Shown one piece after another: positions 49,235 through 58,385 of a stretch of 64,000 nucleotides of DNA (positions within the stretch are counted from its first letter, which is position 1; each line of letters begins with the position of its first letter). The stretch is taken from contig NZ_JOMG01000001.1 of the NCBI RefSeq assembly GCF_000711225.1, forward strand, positions 292,855 through 356,854. Direction: 5' to 3'. Below the pieces are notes generated by a model, which searched no databases, was not told the DNA's origin, and saw nothing but the letters and a program-made list of their open reading frames with translations. The stretch is from Pelobacter seleniigenes DSM 18267 (lineage in GTDB: Bacteria > Desulfobacterota > Desulfuromonadia > Desulfuromonadales > Geopsychrobacteraceae). The translations under genes were made by a program, and so were the position numbers.

Positions 49235-50128
49235 CTATAAGAAATATTCAGGTCGGTCGATATCGGCAATCAATCCGACCTCTTTGGGCATCCATCCCAA
49301 ATCTTTTTGTGTTTTCCGGCTCGATGCCGGCATATCCCTTTGGGCAAAATGGCTGAACCAGCCGAAATGTTCTGCCGCGTCCTGCGGCGTCTTACTCACA
49401 ACAGGGACATTAAGACGCCGCCCAATGACTCCTGCGATCTCCCGAAAAGCGATTCCTTCTTCGGCAACGCCATGATAAACGCCTCCTTTCGACCCCTTTT
49501 CGAGGACAAGTCGATACAACACCGCCGCATCCAATCTGTGGACAGCGGACCAGCAATTTTGTCCTTCTCCAACATAAGCAGACACGCCTGTTCGACGCGC
49601 CATATCAATCAGCATGGGAATGAATGCATGATCGCCATTGCCATGCACGGAAGGAGGCAGCCGAACAATGGACGCATTCACCCCCCGAGCGACCGCCGCT
49701 GCGACGATCTCTTCCGCAACGGCACGAGGTGGTGCGCCGGAAGCAGGGGTCGGCTTGGCATCTTCATCAAGCAGGCCTTTAGCCTGGATCGCCCCCGTGG
49801 CAGAGGTCACAATCAACGGGATGGAGGAGCCGGCCAACGCGTTAACAAAGGTCTCGATAGAGCAGCGGTCTTGTTCGCAACTTTCTTTGATCTTGGAAAA
49901 ATCATGATTAAAGGCAGTATGGATGATGCCGTCGGCAGAGGCAATCCCTGCGCGCAGGCTAGCCGGATCACCCAGATGACCGAGGAAAACCCCGACACCT
50001 GCCGCCCGCAACGATTCAGCTGCCTTGCCGGAACGCGCCAGACCGCTGACCCGGTATCCGGCGGCAAGCAGTTCCTGGGCGACAGCAGACCCGATGAACC
50101 CTGTCGCACCGGTGACAAATATATGCAT
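49235..50128 (-). CDS. NAD(P)-dependent epimerase/dehydratase-family (atypical/extended SDR) protein
   Basis: MHIFVTGATGFIGSAV Rossmann motif. 297 aa. Confidence 0.8.
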   Translation of the reverse strand: MHIFVTGATGFIGSAVAQELLAAGYRVSGLARSGKAAESLRAAGVGVFLGHLGDPASLRAGIASADGIIHTAFNHDFSKIKESCEQDRCSIETFVNALAGSSIPLIVTSATGAIQAKGLLDEDAKPTPASGAPPRAVAEEIVAAAVARGVNASIVRLPPSVHGNGDHAFIPMLIDMARRTGVSAYVGEGQNCWSAVHRLDAAVLYRLVLEKGSKGGVYHGVAEEGIAFREIAGVIGRRLNVPVVSKTPQDAAEHFGWFSHFAQRDMPASSRKTQKDLGWMPKEVGLIADIDRPEYFL

Positions 50129-50293
50129 TTTGAAATCTCCTTAAAGATGTTGACCATGGACTCGTTCATCGGTTGCAGTATAAGAAAATACCAGACGATC
50201 TGAAATGCACAGGACTCCAGAACACTTGCCTGTTTCTCTAAATGCCTGGACGTTTGGTAGACATACAGCAAGATTCGCCTCTATATTGAGAAA

Positions 50294-51235
50294 ATGGACA
50301 AGAAGCGGAGCATGAAGACGATGAGTGAACAGCAAAGAAAAGAGCTGGCTGCTTTAATAGACACCTATGCGCAAAGTGAAGGTTTGTCCAAAACCGCAAT
50401 TCCCGGGGTATCCCTTTATCGGGCAACAAGAACAGACAAGATCATACCTGGTCTCTATAATCCAGCTTTGTGCTTTCTGGCGCAGGGCCGCAAACAGACA
50501 ATGCTGAATCAGGAGATTTATCAGTACGGACCATCGGAATATCTGATTGTTTCTGTGGACTTGCCAATCATGGGGCAAGTAACCCAGGCCTCACCAGATG
50601 AACCCTATCTTGTTATCAAGGTCGATATCAGTTTGCCACTGCTTACCGACCTCCTGAGCCATACCGAATATCCGCTGCGCTCGAATCGAAAAGCGGAACG
50701 AGGGATTTTCGTCGGCAGAGCCGACGCAACCCTGGGAGATAGTGTGCTACGCCTGGCACGGATGCTGGCAACGCCTGAAGATATCCCCGTGCTCGCAACA
50801 CCAACGATACGGGAGATTTTCTATCGGATTCTACGCGGAGAACATGGCGACAAACTGGCGCAGGTCGCATTTAAAGGGAGTCACACGGAGAGGATCGCCA
50901 GCGCTATCCACAAAATCAAAGCTAACTTTCGGGAATCAATCCCGGTAGAAAAACTGGCCGATCTTGCCGGCATGAGCGTCTCAGGCTTTCATGCCCATTT
51001 TAAATCCATCACGGCCATGAGCCCGCTGCAATTCCAAAAAAATCTGCGCCTGATCGAAGCGCGAAATCTGATGCTGGCAGGCGATCTGGATGCAGCCACC
51101 ACAGCCTACCAGGTCGGCTATGAAAGCCCCTCGCAGTTTAATCGTGAATATACCCGCATGTTCGGCAATCCGCCCAGGCGGGATATCGATCTGGTAAAAC
51201 AACAGAATCTGGCAGCAATGCAACCCTGCATCTAG
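50294..51235 (+). CDS. AraC-family transcriptional regulator (AraC_N sensor + 2x HTH)
   Basis: C-terminal AraC HTH pair (VEKLADLAGMSVSGFHAHFK ... YQVGYESPSQFNREYTRMFG). Divergent from the AKR-SDR-epimerase operon. Confidence 0.8.
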   Translation: MDKKRSMKTMSEQQRKELAALIDTYAQSEGLSKTAIPGVSLYRATRTDKIIPGLYNPALCFLAQGRKQTMLNQEIYQYGPSEYLIVSVDLPIMGQVTQASPDEPYLVIKVDISLPLLTDLLSHTEYPLRSNRKAERGIFVGRADATLGDSVLRLARMLATPEDIPVLATPTIREIFYRILRGEHGDKLAQVAFKGSHTERIASAIHKIKANFRESIPVEKLADLAGMSVSGFHAHFKSITAMSPLQFQKNLRLIEARNLMLAGDLDAATTAYQVGYESPSQFNREYTRMFGNPPRRDIDLVKQQNLAAMQPCI

Positions 51236-51458
51236 TTCTCTTCCATCGGTAAAAATTACGCGGGAATTTGTTGACTGGATTTCTTCGGAGTCAAGGCGGG
51301 ACCAACTGCGTAAAAGGAGAGTTGCCCGAGCCAATGAGGAGCCCTGAGGAGGGGAGGCTTAATGATTCACTGCGATGTGTTATCGCAGATCTTTTTCAGG
51401 ACGGTAAAAAACGAGGGAGCCCTGCTTGCGGCTCCCTCGTTTGCTGGTTTGTAGCGGA

Positions 51459-53252
51459 TTATTTTTTCAGAGCATATTCCGCAGCATGGGCGCCTGCCCG
51501 ACGGCCGAAGACAACGGTATCGGCAATGGCGTTACCACCAAGACGGTTAAAGCCATGAACGCCACCGGTTACCTCGCCTGCAGCATAAAGACCGGGAATC
51601 GGCCAGCTTTGCAGATCCAGAACTTCGGAGTCGGGGTCAATGGCAACCCCACCCATGGTGTGGTGAATTCCCGGCGCAACCCGGACTGCATAAAATGGCG
51701 GTTTGGTCAGGTTCAGCGGCATATCGCTCCGACCAAAGGCCAGATCTTTTCCAGTCGACTGATAAGCGTTATAGGCTTTGATGGTTTCCGGTAAAGCGGA
51801 CATCCCGGTCATTTTGGCGAGCCCTTCAACCGTATCGGCCTTTTTCAACATCCCCAGGTGTTCGTAGCCGCGGACCATTTTTTTCTTGGCGATCAACTGT
51901 TCATCAAAAACCAACCAGGCATAACCTTCCTTTTGCTTAAGGATGGCATCGGAAGCGCGGTCGCGGGTGGTCAGTTCATTGACGAAACGTTTGCCATCGG
52001 TATTGACCATAATAGCCCCAACGCCACGGACCGTCTCGGAAATGAGAATACGGCTGTCCTTGCCAACGGTCGGATGGGCCTGAACCCAGTCAATATCCGT
52101 CATGCTGGCGCCGATTTCCTTGGCCATGATGATCCCATCGCCGGTTGCGGTAATATTGTTGGAACTGGTCATCTTGGCAAAGGTGGGACGATACCAGGCG
52201 ATCATCTCTTTGTTCATCCCGTAACCACCGGTGGCAAGGACCACGGCATCCGCAGCAACCATGTAATAGCCGCTGTGCTTGCCATGAACGACCACCCCAA
52301 CAACCTCTCTATTGTCGTTCAGGACCAACTTTTCAACTCGAGAATTGAGCCGGGTATCCAGATGCTCACGTTTGGCAACTTTCCGCAACGTCTGAATAAT
52401 CTGGGGACCGGCACTGGCTCCGTTGGCCGGCGCATGGGTGCGTTGAACCCGTGCGCCACCGGAACGCTTCAACCCGTCCAGGTTTACCCCTAAGGATTCC
52501 AGCCATTTAACGGCATCAGCAGATTCTTCCGCCATAATCCGCACCAGTTTTTCGTCATTTTTATAGCGACCACCCTTCATGGTGTCTTCAACAAACCAAT
52601 CGACGCTGTCTTTAATCCCCTTCTTGGCCTGCTGCGGAGTCCCAACAGCATTGATCCCGCCGGCAGCAAGCATTGAATTCCCACCGGTAAAGGGAGCTTT
52701 TTCAAACAGAATTATTTTGGCCCCTTTCCGCTCAGCAGTCAGTGCAGCGTTGAATCCGGTACTGCCCGCCCCAACAACGACAACATCGGTCTTTTCGACA
52801 GGACCTGCTGCGATGGCTTTTTGAATAGCCTCCTGGTTCCAGTCCCGGTCCCAGGCAGCTTTTTTAGGAACATCGGCAAAAGGCATCGCCTCAATGTTAA
52901 AGGAGTGGCAATTGTTGCAATAGAATTGTGGAGCATCGTGGCCTTTATGGCAGGTGGTGCAGTTGATATCCCCAAGATGGGAGGTGTGCGGATCAAACTC
53001 CAACGCAGCATTGGCCATTTTTTCGTAACCGCCATGGCAGCTGACACATTGCTCGTTCTCATGATTTTCACTATCACTGACGGTGACTTTGCTCCCGTCA
53101 GCGTGACAGGTCTGACAACCGGACATTTCGGCATGAAAAGCCGCCATGGTGGTGATTTCAGCCGCTGGCTCTGTTTTGGGGCCGCTCCTGAAACTGCTAC
53201 AAGCAGTTACTGCCAAAACCGTAACCAGAATGAATAGATATCGTTTTTTCAC
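51459..53252 (-). CDS. periplasmic tetraheme flavocytochrome c (Fcc3-type FAD-dependent fumarate/enoate reductase family)
   Basis: Lipoprotein/signal sequence. Four CxxCH motifs (CQTCH, CVSCH, CTTCH, CNNCH) in the first ~110 aa. FAD GxGxxG (VVVGAGSTGFNAA). Succinate-DH/fumarate-reductase flavoprotein body including RxGG...H active-site region. Confidence 0.85.
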   Translation of the reverse strand: MKKRYLFILVTVLAVTACSSFRSGPKTEPAAEITTMAAFHAEMSGCQTCHADGSKVTVSDSENHENEQCVSCHGGYEKMANAALEFDPHTSHLGDINCTTCHKGHDAPQFYCNNCHSFNIEAMPFADVPKKAAWDRDWNQEAIQKAIAAGPVEKTDVVVVGAGSTGFNAALTAERKGAKIILFEKAPFTGGNSMLAAGGINAVGTPQQAKKGIKDSVDWFVEDTMKGGRYKNDEKLVRIMAEESADAVKWLESLGVNLDGLKRSGGARVQRTHAPANGASAGPQIIQTLRKVAKREHLDTRLNSRVEKLVLNDNREVVGVVVHGKHSGYYMVAADAVVLATGGYGMNKEMIAWYRPTFAKMTSSNNITATGDGIIMAKEIGASMTDIDWVQAHPTVGKDSRILISETVRGVGAIMVNTDGKRFVNELTTRDRASDAILKQKEGYAWLVFDEQLIAKKKMVRGYEHLGMLKKADTVEGLAKMTGMSALPETIKAYNAYQSTGKDLAFGRSDMPLNLTKPPFYAVRVAPGIHHTMGGVAIDPDSEVLDLQSWPIPGLYAAGEVTGGVHGFNRLGGNAIADTVVFGRRAGAHAAEYALKK

Positions 53253-53454
53253 AAACTATCTCCTTCCAAAAAAAATGAAATTTACAGAATTTCGGCAAAT
53301 TAGCACACAGAAGACACAAGTCAACATAGTGACATTAAAGACTTTTACGCCTTTTCTGCCGGTTTTGTCGTTATTGGTATCAGGACCGCCAAGTGGCGAT
53401 TAGAAGGCCTTCTGAACCGGATTACTGTTTGCAGGAAAGGCTGTTACGTATGAC

Positions 53455-53750
53455 GGGTTGCAAAAAATGGTATTGAATGTCTAAAAACAGGGCGAATTGC
53501 CCCCGGGGAAGAAAAGTGCAATGTCCCGAATGGCGCTAGTTTAAGCACTTTCGTAGCAAACTCGGAACTGTCCCAAGCCCTATCTGGGGCTGTCCCAAAT
53601 GTTTGCGGCCCTTGGAACGCTGGCGGTTTTGCTGCCATCTACTCTTAAGCTAGCACCATTCTGCGATGCCTCTACCTAACAAAATCAATGACTTAGAAAT
53701 GCGTTATTGATTTTGATCGCCCATCGGTGGGCGCGGCAGGCTGTTTTCCT
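53455..53750 (+). repeat. MITE-like element family A, copy 3 (degenerate left arm), interrupted by a family-B element
   Basis: Right arm 53663-53750 matches A copies (ACAAAATCAATGACTTAG...ATTGATTTTGATCGCCC...GGCAGGCTGTTTTC). Left arm 53455-53528 retains GGGGAAGAAAAGTGCAAT (cf. GGTGGAGAAAAGTGCGAT). B1 occupies the centre. Confidence 0.4.
53529..53662 (+). repeat. MITE-like element family B, copy 1 (134 bp), nested in A copy 3
   Basis: Perfect 18-bp-class TIRs: GAATGGCGCTAGTTTAAG ... CTTAAGCTAGCACCATTC. Internal GGGACAGTCCC-type palindromes. Confidence 0.55.
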
Positions 53751-53769
53751 GATTTTGGGGAATCATCTC

Positions 53770-54594
53770 TTAGCGACCTTTAAAGAACGCCCCAACAATT
53801 TCCGAAAAACCATCTTCATGATTGGTAAATAGTATGGCGGGATATTGATTTCTCAATTCCTCAGGTGCATTTTTTACGGTATAGGAAATGCCGGTAAACT
53901 CGAGTAAGTCGATGTCGTTATAATCGTTCCCAATGCCCATGGTTTCCGTTTTTGCAATACCCAGTTCATGGCACAGCCATTTAGCGGCATGCCCCTTGGA
54001 AACTGTTTCTGGAAATACTTCGAGCCAAATGTAATCGGCATTCACCGGCGACGTGGCCCGAATCACCTTTATGTCGTTTCTGACCTTGTACAAAGCGGCT
54101 TGAATGGATGCAAACAGGCGCACATCGTTTTCAATAATGCACATCATCTGTCCGGCATGTTCAGGCAGTGCTTCAAGGGGTAATAGTTGGCAGTCCTGTA
54201 TATTCCGTTCAAGGTATCGCGCAAATTCGCTGCACAGCCCTGCCCCCTGATGAAACCAGAACTTATTGTTGTTTGGGATGGGTTTAAACACGACAAAATT
54301 CTGCTTCAGCTCAATCAGATTTGCGCACAGGACCGGGGCCGTTCCTTTTTCAAACTCTTCCCATTTCAGAAGTCGTTTGCTTTGCCAATCATAAACTCCG
54401 GCACCCGATGAAAAAATCACATAATCAAGGGGGACGTCCTCAGCAATGACCGCATTCACTTTAAATAAACTGCGTCCTGTCGCAGCAACAATTAATACTC
54501 CCTGCTCCTGCAGATAGTGCAAATGTTTCAGATTTATGGCTGTAAGCAGATGATCGTTATTGAGCAACGTTCCATCGAGATCAGTAATAACCAT
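53770..54594 (-). CDS. Cof-type HAD-IIB family hydrolase (sugar-phosphate phosphatase-like)
   Basis: Motif I ITDLDGTLL, motif II VAATGR, C-terminal GDxxND (GIGNDYNDIDLLE). Confidence 0.8.
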   Translation of the reverse strand: MVITDLDGTLLNNDHLLTAINLKHLHYLQEQGVLIVAATGRSLFKVNAVIAEDVPLDYVIFSSGAGVYDWQSKRLLKWEEFEKGTAPVLCANLIELKQNFVVFKPIPNNNKFWFHQGAGLCSEFARYLERNIQDCQLLPLEALPEHAGQMMCIIENDVRLFASIQAALYKVRNDIKVIRATSPVNADYIWLEVFPETVSKGHAAKWLCHELGIAKTETMGIGNDYNDIDLLEFTGISYTVKNAPEELRNQYPAILFTNHEDGFSEIVGAFFKGR

Positions 54595-54689
54595 TTTTAT
54601 CGATGTTCTGGTTTTTCTTTCCATAGGGGTTCTCGAATTTTTCTTATTTAGAGAGCTCCAGATATAAGCCCCCCAAATGGGACAAATCT

Positions 54690-54872
54690 GAATGGCGCTC
54701 GTTTAAGCAACTTTGCAGTAAACTCGGGACTGTCCCCAGGATCATCGGGGGCGGTCCCAAGAGTTTGCGAGCCATGAAAGCAGTAGCGGTTAGCACCGCA
54801 AAGACCTGGGACAGCCCCCATGCGGGGACAGTCCCGGTTTTGCTGCCATCTCCTCTTAAACTAGCACCATTC
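54690..54872 (+). repeat. MITE-like element family B, copy 2 (183 bp, with internal duplication)
   Basis: Same TIRs as B1 (GAATGGCGCTCGTTTAAGCA ... CTCTTAAACTAGCACCATTC), same orientation. Flanks the HAD gene on the other side. Confidence 0.55.
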
Positions 54873-54888
54873 GAGGCAGATGTATTTT

Positions 54889-55473
54889 TTAGAAAGCCTT
54901 CCAGACCAGAAGAAAATTGTTCGTTGGCATGGGGATTTTTTCCACCAGCTGCAGGCCTTGCCCCCAGCTGACCAATTCTTCGACTGAACGGATTCCGCCA
55001 TAACCTTTATTTTTAAGGGTTTGATCAAAATCCTGATTGCTTTTACTGGTATATTTTCCATCCATATTCATCGGCCCGTACTGGCAGAAGACTCCGTCCC
55101 GAGGTAAATTGGCGGCCACCAGTTCCATCATCAGCTTTGCTTCCGCTGGTTGCATAATGTGAGTTGTGTTGGCTGTAAATACGCCGTCAACCTGAATAGC
55201 GGGCCATGGATCACGGCCGATGGTAAACTCAAGCGGAAGCACAATATTATCCAATTTTGATTCGCTGATCCAGGCTTTCACGCTGGCATGATTTTCAATC
55301 CTGTCACTGGTATGCCAGACGAGATGAGGTAGCTTCTCAGCAAAAAACACCGCATGCTGCCCTGTTCCGGAACCAATCTCCAGCACGTGTCGAGAGGATG
55401 CAAAATAGACTTTCAGCTGATCCAGAATGGGTTGTTTATTTCTTTCACAATGAGAAGCAAAATCTTTGGACAT
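54889..55473 (-). CDS. DUF938-like class I SAM-dependent methyltransferase-fold protein
   Basis: VLEIGSGTGQHAVFFA glycine-rich motif. 194 aa. Confidence 0.5.
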   Translation of the reverse strand: MSKDFASHCERNKQPILDQLKVYFASSRHVLEIGSGTGQHAVFFAEKLPHLVWHTSDRIENHASVKAWISESKLDNIVLPLEFTIGRDPWPAIQVDGVFTANTTHIMQPAEAKLMMELVAANLPRDGVFCQYGPMNMDGKYTSKSNQDFDQTLKNKGYGGIRSVEELVSWGQGLQLVEKIPMPTNNFLLVWKAF

Positions 55474-55807
55474 AAGATGACCTGGCTTGAGAATATTGTT
55501 GCTTTATTGTTGATTCTTTTAGAAAAAATCATCCTGTAGCGCTTTTATACTCCTTTTTTCGGATTCATCTCTAATTTTATTGACCTTTTCCTGCCGCATA
55601 GTTCCGACCCTGCGAGCCTTGATCAGCTTGTGCAGAAAGATCATGAGTCGCCACTGTCCATCGCCGATCTTCGTGTCCTGCCGAGAAAGTCGTTTTAGGG
55701 GAAATGTCACTCGTTTTTCTCGGGAAGGCCCTCTCCGATGGTGAAAAAGTGTTTTGAGGAAATATTATCTCTTTACGAGACGATACGTCTCGTCTATTAT
55801 AAGACTT

Positions 55808-56401
55808 ATGAAAATCAATCCACAAAAAACAAAACGCAGATCCACACTCAAGCACCGGGCGATTCTTGAGGCCGCTGCGACCTGTATTGCTCGCCACGGG
55901 TATGCCGCGACCACTATTGAGGCCATCGCCGCAGAAGCCAGTGTTGGAAAACAGACCATTTATCGCTGGTGGTCGTCCAAGTCGGCTTTGTTCGTCGAAG
56001 TCTATACGGAGATTGTCAGCCGCGAGGCTCTCGCCATATCGTACACCGGAAGGGCCAGGAACGATCTTGAGGCGGTTCTCAAAGCCTTGTTTACTCTCTA
56101 CCGGCAGACTTGCGCCGGTGCAATTCTAGCCGGATTGATCGGCGATGCAGTTATGGATACAGCAGCGCGAACTGCGCTTGCAGAAGGCCTGGTAACAGGG
56201 CGCGCCGATATTGTGACCGATATCATCCGCAGCGGTATCGCTCGTGGAGAGCTTTCTGCTGTGCCAGAGATTGTCAACGAAGTGGTCGTTGCGATGGTCT
56301 GGAAACGGCTGGTGATAAATATTGAAAGCTTGAATGATGATTTTGCCGTCAACCTTGCCACGCTTGCCATTTCAGCTGGAAAAACAGGAGTTCAACTATG
56401 A
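55808..56401 (+). CDS. TetR-family transcriptional regulator
   Basis: N-terminal TetR HTH (AILEAAATCIARHGYAATTIEAIAAEASVGKQTIYRWW). Confidence 0.8.
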   Translation: MKINPQKTKRRSTLKHRAILEAAATCIARHGYAATTIEAIAAEASVGKQTIYRWWSSKSALFVEVYTEIVSREALAISYTGRARNDLEAVLKALFTLYRQTCAGAILAGLIGDAVMDTAARTALAEGLVTGRADIVTDIIRSGIARGELSAVPEIVNEVVVAMVWKRLVINIESLNDDFAVNLATLAISAGKTGVQL

Positions 56402-56892
56402 CGACAAGCTTGATATTCGGCAATTACAGACCCGGTGTCATCGCCGCGAACATTACCCTGCATATGGACTATTATGCACAACTGTGGGGATTTGGGGTGC
56501 GATTCGAGGCCAAAGTCGCTGCAGAAATGGGTGAATTCCACGCACGCTATGACCCTCAACGCGATTTCTTTCTCGCCGCCTACAAAGCGGACGGATCGCT
56601 GCTTGGGACGATCACTATCGATGGGATTGCAGCCACGGAGGAAGGGGCTCATTTGCGTTGGTTTATCGTTGCTCCGGCAGCACAGGGTCTTGGCCTGGGC
56701 AAGGAGCTCATGCAACAGGCCGATTCTTTCCTACGTGAGCGTAATTACCGGAACACCTATCTGACGACATTTTCCGGCCTGGATGCCGCACGTTCTCTTT
56801 ACGAACGGTACGACTTCAGACTGGTCTCCGAAAATGCAAGGGACCCCTGGTCGGGGATGGTCGGTATCCAGCGTTTTGAGCGCAGGCTCTAA
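56398..56892 (+). CDS. GNAT-family N-acetyltransferase
   Basis: Acetyl-CoA binding motif A (FIVAPAAQGLGLGKELM). 4-nt overlap with the TetR gene. Confidence 0.8.
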   Translation: MTTSLIFGNYRPGVIAANITLHMDYYAQLWGFGVRFEAKVAAEMGEFHARYDPQRDFFLAAYKADGSLLGTITIDGIAATEEGAHLRWFIVAPAAQGLGLGKELMQQADSFLRERNYRNTYLTTFSGLDAARSLYERYDFRLVSENARDPWSGMVGIQRFERRL

Positions 56893-56943
56893 AAATCTCG
56901 CCGGCATCTGTTTGCTCAGAATGCGCTGGGACGAATTGCCCTT

Positions 56944-56976
56944 TTACGGATCAATTCCTTTTATGAATTAACATAG
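56944..56976 (+). repeat. short repeat family D, copy 1 (core only)
   Basis: ATTGCCCTTTTACGGATCAATTCCTTTTATGAATTAACATA matches cores at 57755-57806 and 62680-62728. Confidence 0.35.
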
Positions 56977-57018
56977 CTAGGTCCGACCCCGCACTACCAA
57001 TGTCCCTAGTTTTAAGTT

Positions 57019-57318
57019 TTAGTCCACAACCTTGAGATTGTTATAGCTTCCGAACTCATTTTCAATCGTCGCTGGGTTTTCCGTATCGTTTTCCCAGTCC
57101 CCATCGACAATATACCGATATTCATAGGTTCCTTGAGAAAGCGTGACCATGATTCGCCACCTTCCTTTGATATCTTTGTTCATCGGGTGTTTTGTACTGT
57201 CCCACTGATTGAATGAACCGACAAGAGACACGCTACTGGCAAACGGGGCATAAACAGTGAATTCGACAGGTTTGCTCAGATTTTCTTTGGCTTTTGTCTT
57301 TTTATCAGTCATGTGCAC
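57019..57318 (-). CDS. small CBM48 / AMPK-beta glycogen-binding-domain-like protein
   Basis: 99 aa: FTVYAPFASSVSLVGSFNQWD...GTYEYRYIVDGDWENDTENP is the E_set/CBM48 fold signature. Confidence 0.55.
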   Translation of the reverse strand: MHMTDKKTKAKENLSKPVEFTVYAPFASSVSLVGSFNQWDSTKHPMNKDIKGRWRIMVTLSQGTYEYRYIVDGDWENDTENPATIENEFGSYNNLKVVD

Positions 57319-57701
57319 CTCTCTGGCTTTGAAGTGTAAACCTATTTTTCTCAGCCTGATTCCAGAATATCAAAACCTCCGGAAATAACAACGAGACCGG
57401 GTCAACTTCACAACGAATGGGGTGCGACTGGGGTCGGACCAACACATTTATCTATTTTTAAAATGAAATAGAGTGAATGACCCTCAATATTCTGCCTTAG
57501 AGCATGATTTTCTAAGCTAAAATGCGATAGCTGCTTTCCTCCTCACGAAGGACATACCCCTCTGGGCCGTCCAGGAGGGTTCTCTGCCTCCCCTGATGCC
57601 CCAAAGCCAGCGTCACTTTCCCCACAAAACTCTCATTCCCAACGGCGAGGCTTTCCGACCAGCAAGAATGACGTTCCAAGTTATTATTGTGTAGAGTTTC
57701 T

Positions 57702-57806
57702 GACGTTCCCCCGGTTTCGTGGACACAGGGGGAACGTCAAATAGCGTATTTAAACGCAATAATTGCCCTCTTAAAAATTGATTTCTTTTATGAATCAATC
57801 ACATCG
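57702..57806 (+). repeat. repeat family D, copy 2, beginning with an 11-bp-stem hairpin (GACGTTCCCCC-N15-GGGGGAACGTC)
   Basis: Hairpin 57702-57738, followed by AAATAGCG...AATAATTGCCCTCTTAAAAATTGATTTCTTTTATGAATCAATCACATCG. Homologous to 62633-62728. Confidence 0.4.
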
Positions 57807-58153
57807 CCCCCAAGATAAAACATTTTTAGAGACTGTAATGCTGACGGGACAGACGGCCGCAAGCAAAAGATTTCGACTTTAAAACCTGTGCGGAATAATA
57901 CATTCTGAAGAGGTATTACCCCGGTCAATGAGAATAAACTAGAATTCTGACAAAAAGAAAAAAGGGGGCAGATTTATTTTTTAGAGGGTCGGCCAAGGGC
58001 CACGCAGTTCTATTCGCCGCTTGAGCCTTTCCTCAACCTGATCAGCGAAACGTCCCTCCCCTGTTAGTTGACCACGCTGCACTACTTGCTGAATCACATT
58101 TTGTGAATATGATCGGCCATAAGGCAAAAGGCGTACACCTTACGATGGTATCC

Positions 58154-58192
58154 AAGAAGAGAGCCTCCGACGCATCAGAGGCTCTCTTCTTG
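58154..58192. terminator. 14-bp perfect-stem hairpin (AAGAAGAGAGCCTC-N10-GAGGCTCTCTTCTT) in the ORF-free spacer downstream of the rhodanese gene
   Basis: Read directly. No flanking T-tract on either strand. Confidence 0.3.
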
Positions 58193-58385
58193 GAATCGTC
58201 TACTTAGTTGCCATCCGGAAACTCCGCAGGGCAACGGCTAAGTTTTCAGATTGGAAACGAGCAATTTTTCGTTGTGGCAAGGAAATCAAGGGGTTGCGCG
58301 GAGGCGTAGTCCTTTACGCCGCACAAGAAAACCCGCAGATTGACACCGCCACAGCGGAAAAGGGCCGTATCCGGATGAAAACTAC

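Noticed and set aside
49307-50203. 298-aa ORF on + strand
   Set aside because: Antisense to the epimerase/dehydratase gene, which has a clear Rossmann motif.
55519-55710. 63-aa ORF between the DUF938 and TetR genes
   Set aside because: No RBS or domain. Possibly a fragment but unsupported. The region is more simply the divergent TetR promoter.
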